DNA of 46,144 nucleotides from a virus (lineage: Duplodnaviria > Caudoviricetes): positions 1 through 46,144 of IMG/VR virus record IMGVR_UViG_3300020044_009931; one strand, 5' to 3'. The notes below the pieces were generated by a model that saw only the letters and a program-made list of their open reading frames with translations, did no database searches and was not told the origin of the DNA. The first letter of the stretch is position 1. The number at the start of each line of letters is the position of its first letter. Made by a program: the position numbers and the translations under genes. Of this stretch, positions 45,855 through 46,144 are shown piece by piece.

Positions 45855-45926
45855 ATGAAGATTAAATCAAAAACAGCACCTAAAAAATCAGCACCAGCTC
45901 CTAAAGCTGGTAAAAAATGTAAATAA
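45855..45926 (+). CDS. Second allele of the basic peptide, MKIKSKTAPKKSAPAPKAGKKCK
   Basis: TATAAT + 6 nt + ATG; homologous to 498-566. Confidence 0.65.
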   Translation: MKIKSKTAPKKSAPAPKAGKKCK

Positions 45927-46024
45927 TGGCATTTTTTGCTAGGAGAAAATGTCAGCAGTGAACTTTTTAAATCGACTATGGGCTTTTATTGAATCTCTTT
46001 TAAAAGCTCTTGAGGAGCCTTTTA

Positions 46025-46144
46025 ATGAAGATACTAAAGATTAGCCATTTTGATTTAGAAAAAGATTTAGAAATTTCGGGCTATGACCCTTTCAGAGTCA
46101 GGACTTTGAAGCCTATTGAATTAGAAATTCAACTTGATAAATGC
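46025..46144 (+). CDS. Partial second allele of the DUF1353 gene, truncated by the window end
   Basis: Matches 665-784 with mostly synonymous changes. Confidence 0.8.
   Translation, partial: MKILKISHFDLEKDLEISGYDPFRVRTLKPIELEIQLDKC

Noticed and set aside
1-46144. Stop-codon reassignment; prophage/integration module
   Set aside because: Standard code gives dense, coupled ORFs ending in TAA, TAG and TGA. No integrase, att-flanked host genes or CI-type repressor was recognised.

Overview
The window is an essentially complete, AT-rich, tailed-phage genome of podovirus type, with a unit length of about 45.1 kb. Positions 1-35 are identical to 45065-45099, and the last ~1.08 kb re-traverses the first ~0.78 kb as a diverged allele. 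The minus strand (~29.3 kb to 3.4 kb) carries the morphogenesis module: putative TerS, TerL, portal, scaffold, major capsid, a RecA-CTD-bearing protein, adaptor, ejection proteins, nozzle, fibre/adhesin genes and a holin-like gene. Two genes interrupt it on the opposite strand: a sigma-70 factor and a putative decoration protein. The plus strand (~30 kb to the end) carries small early genes, an iteron-containing origin, a DnaB-N/DUF3987 helicase-like protein, a degenerate ImmA/IrrE peptidase, ASCH, a second lysozyme, a Gam/Gp157-RecT-SSB-like recombination module, a metzincin-like protease and RuvC. I saw no integrase, DNA polymerase, primase, tRNA or CRISPR array. The most unusual signals are non-coding: a hairpin array with perfectly complementary loops (2425-2750), a genome-wide '-10 box + 6 nt + ATG' leaderless design, repeated junction motifs between early genes, a pseudoknot, and a multi-branch structure next to the origin. 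All family calls come from motifs recognised by eye; no searches were run.
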